DNA from: a virus
Direction: 5' to 3' (one strand)
IMG/VR virus record: IMGVR_UViG_3300020029_000037
Location: 1-6,075 of that record
Length of the DNA stretch: 6,075 bases
The position numbers were made by a program, and so were the translations under genes. Numbering within the stretch: the first letter of the stretch is position 1; the number at the start of each line of letters is the position of its first letter. The notes under the pieces are model-generated. The model searched no databases, was not told where the DNA came from, and was given only the letters and a program-made list of their open reading frames with translations. Positions 4,120 to 6,075 of the stretch are shown piece by piece.

Positions 4120-5919
4120 TTAACGATTAGACAAACGGGTTGCAAAAGTTTTGTTAACCAAATTCTTCTTCTGAACCGCATAAGATAGATTTATGAAGAA
4201 ATTATCCTCTACGTTAGAAAAGAAAGGTGAATTAACCTGTGCCATATCCACGAAAAGCGCAGGATAATAATTAGCTTGAGCGGAGCCTAGGTACGAAAAG
4301 CCAAGCGATCTCTGCTGAACCCAATACGAATAGATAGGTTTAGGGGTAGATACAGAAGGAGCAGGATACGAAGACAAAGATCCTAATACTTCATCATAGG
4401 ACGAACGAAATTCATTGAAACAAGGCTCGTAGGCGACGGCAAGGCCAAGGTTCGAACCCGCGGCATTGCTAAAAAGCCGTGCTGCAGGAACATCCTGATA
4501 TCCAATGTCGTTATAAATGGGGTTGAAGTAATCAGAGCCTTGATAATTCAAATAATCGGGCGTTACGCCACTCCAAAAATAAATAGGACGAATGCTTAGC
4601 ATATCAATCATATAGCCAGGCTCGCGGAAGTAATAAGACTGTCGGCGACCGAGGCGATCGTTGAAGGCGATAGCACCACCTTGCTGACCAAGGGGACCTG
4701 CGGACGAATCTCCGCCGAAATTATTGAATCCGGCTTGATTCATAACAACCTGAACATTAACAGTCTGCGAAGCGCTAAACAGCAATTTAGGTCGATCGAC
4801 GTGTTCGATCTTTGAAGCAAAAAAAGTTTCCAGCCAGTCACTATAGCGAGAACCTCCAGCGCCAAGCAAATCCTTGTATTCCTGAAGTCGCGAAGCGATA
4901 GCCAGCTGTGGAATAGTGCTTACACCCGACATAGAAACAGCGGATGAGGTTCCCACGGGGATGAGGCGACTGAATCGATCGGGGTTCGAAGGCACAACAG
5001 CCATAGGATGCGCAAACAGAAAAGCCGAAATACCAGTAAGGGAGGAGCTACCTACGGCGGTGGAAAACTGACCAGTAGGGCCATCTCCAGAAATAACATT
5101 AGCACCACTGGGACGTGTGGTAGAAACAGGGTAGCCGTCTTGATCGCCGCCAGCTGGAAGTTGAGAATTAATTATCTGAAAAAACAGGTTACCTCGATTA
5201 AAGGTGTTATTTGTGCTCGAAACAGCTGACGGGTAAAACTGACTCTCAAAATAAGCATCAAGAAATTCTAGGTTAGCGAATTCCTGCTTGAAAAAAGAAG
5301 CGCTAGTACTAAAAGAGTACGAGTCGGGGAGAATCGACCAGGAAGCAGGCCATGCGATGGAATACAAGGACCACTGCGAGTAGCTATAATAATTTCGAAC
5401 GATGTCCCAATAAGCTAAATAAGTATCAGCATTTGCCCACTGATTAACCGCAGCGCCGGAAGGAAGACTAGCGGTGTAGGGAGGCTGATTAGAAAGTTGC
5501 AGCGACGTCTTGTTGGAAACGCGAAGCCAAGACATAAGCGAATTAGGAAAGGCGCGGGTAGTACCAATAGCGGAATTGGGGGTAGGAGTGCCCGAGGTGC
5601 CAACAAGGGCGGTAATCCAATTCAAACTCAACTCGTTCATATCGAACTTACTGCTATTCGTACGAAGCTCAGGGTGATACAGCTGAAGAGGCACCCAAAA
5701 ACGGTGAAGTCGAATAACATAGGGATTGAACGTTGGGACAGCAAGAGGATTGCTGCGAACGTCAACGCCTTGCTCAATAGATACGCGATCTCGGGCATTA
5801 ATAAAATCAATTCGCACTGGATATAAAATACCCGGTGTACACGTAAAGGCCTTACTCTCGGGGACATCATAGCGAGAGTAACCATTTACAGCGTGAGAAA
5901 TAAAAGGTTGTTTTCCCAT
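4120..5919 (-). CDS. VP1: Major capsid protein (Microviridae F/VP1 type), 599 aa
   Basis: This is the largest ORF, with ATG at 5917-5919. The N-terminal block PGILYPVRIDFINARDRVSIEQ...IRLHRFWVPLQLY parallels the G-L-P...PGD...FFFVP-RL block of VP1 proteins. The block IASRLQEYKDLLGAGGSRYSDWLETFF..VDRPKLL (aa 341-380) parallels the conserved LQ-W-E--ARGGTRY-E-I---FGV--D-RLQRPE block, recalled from memory. Confidence 0.95.
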   Translation of the reverse strand: MGKQPFISHAVNGYSRYDVPESKAFTCTPGILYPVRIDFINARDRVSIEQGVDVRSNPLAVPTFNPYVIRLHRFWVPLQLYHPELRTNSSKFDMNELSLNWITALVGTSGTPTPNSAIGTTRAFPNSLMSWLRVSNKTSLQLSNQPPYTASLPSGAAVNQWANADTYLAYWDIVRNYYSYSQWSLYSIAWPASWSILPDSYSFSTSASFFKQEFANLEFLDAYFESQFYPSAVSSTNNTFNRGNLFFQIINSQLPAGGDQDGYPVSTTRPSGANVISGDGPTGQFSTAVGSSSLTGISAFLFAHPMAVVPSNPDRFSRLIPVGTSSAVSMSGVSTIPQLAIASRLQEYKDLLGAGGSRYSDWLETFFASKIEHVDRPKLLFSASQTVNVQVVMNQAGFNNFGGDSSAGPLGQQGGAIAFNDRLGRRQSYYFREPGYMIDMLSIRPIYFWSGVTPDYLNYQGSDYFNPIYNDIGYQDVPAARLFSNAAGSNLGLAVAYEPCFNEFRSSYDEVLGSLSSYPAPSVSTPKPIYSYWVQQRSLGFSYLGSAQANYYPALFVDMAQVNSPFFSNVEDNFFINLSYAVQKKNLVNKTFATRLSNR

Positions 5920-5922
5920 AAA

Positions 5923-6075
5923 TTAAATAATTAGTTGAAGTTTGTAATGATCTCGCCAGAATTGGAGAATGTCCAAATCCAGCCAGGTAGGGGGATCGAA
6001 ATCAGGCATCTTACGAGAAGAGGCGGAAAAGCGCATTATTTGCTTTTGCTCCCACGTATATGTCTCTCTACGGGA
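5923..6075 (-). CDS. VP4: C-terminal end of the same Rep gene, including the stop codon; 5955-6075 duplicates 1-121
   Basis: The same frame continues 5954->5926 (RDHYKLQLII) to TAA at 5923-5925, 3 nt before the capsid ATG. Total length is 356 aa after circularisation. Confidence 0.88.
   Translation of the reverse strand, partial: SRRETYTWEQKQIMRFSASSRKMPDFDPPTWLDLDILQFWRDHYKLQLII
5955..6075. repeat. Terminal direct repeat, copy 2 (identical to 1-121)
   Basis: Same comparison. Position 5955 corresponds to position 1 and 6075 to 121. Confidence 0.97.

Larger units (their letters stand above)
1..5954 (-). other. One full unit of a circular Microviridae genome (5,954 nt); the coding strand is the - strand of the window
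   Basis: There is an exact 121-nt terminal redundancy. The hallmark trio (F/VP1-type capsid, H/VP2-type pilot, HUH Rep A/VP4) is present and co-oriented. The Rep reading frame closes across the 5954->1 junction. Confidence 0.9.

Noticed and set aside
5415-5885. Hydrophobic overprinted ORFs inside the capsid gene (5415-5606 and 5637-5885), inside the pilot gene (2628-2825) and inside the 106-aa gene (1873-2082)
   Set aside because: 5415-5606 starts at TTG. All are Leu/Pro/Arg/Phe-rich in the way expected for the shifted frame of a T-rich coding strand. None has a clean transmembrane segment plus a charged-tail architecture. I have no independent support for any of them.

Overview
This window is one complete, circular genome of a small ssDNA phage of the family Microviridae. 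Its proteins look non-phiX, closer to gokushoviruses or alpaviruses. The sequence is shown as the reverse complement of the coding strand, which is presumably also the packaged strand. Bases 1-121 are identical to 5955-6075, so the true unit is 5,954 nt and the window overshoots the circle by 121 nt. Every credible gene is on the - strand and the genes are tightly packed. Gene order on the - strand, starting after the main intergenic region: (1) a 66-aa Cys-rich ORF (1239-1039); (2) the replication initiator Rep/VP4, which starts at 1039, runs off the left edge and ends at 5923 once the circle is closed (356 aa, not in the supplied ORF track); (3) the major capsid protein VP1 (5919-4120); (4) a 98-aa acidic protein (4107-3811); (5) a 134-nt gap holding a long-range GC stem and an unlisted 41-aa Arg-rich ORF; (6) a 63-aa protein with a lipoprotein signal (3676-3485); (7) the DNA pilot protein VP2 (3483-2227); (8) an 86-nt gap; (9) two ORFs I cannot place (2140-1820 and 1808-1485); (10) a strong intrinsic terminator (1438-1405); (11) a cluster of GC-rich hairpins (1391-1259) that includes a perfect three-way junction carrying a GCGAAGC mini-hairpin on the viral strand. 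I see no tRNA, rRNA, CRISPR array, integrase or transposase. Most worth following up: the tiny lipoprotein as a candidate lysis or exclusion factor; the unassigned two-gene block with its own candidate promoter and terminator; the hairpin cluster as a candidate ssDNA origin; the hidden Arg-rich ORF; and an overprinted two-TM ORF. All functional calls rest on motifs I read by eye. No database search was run.
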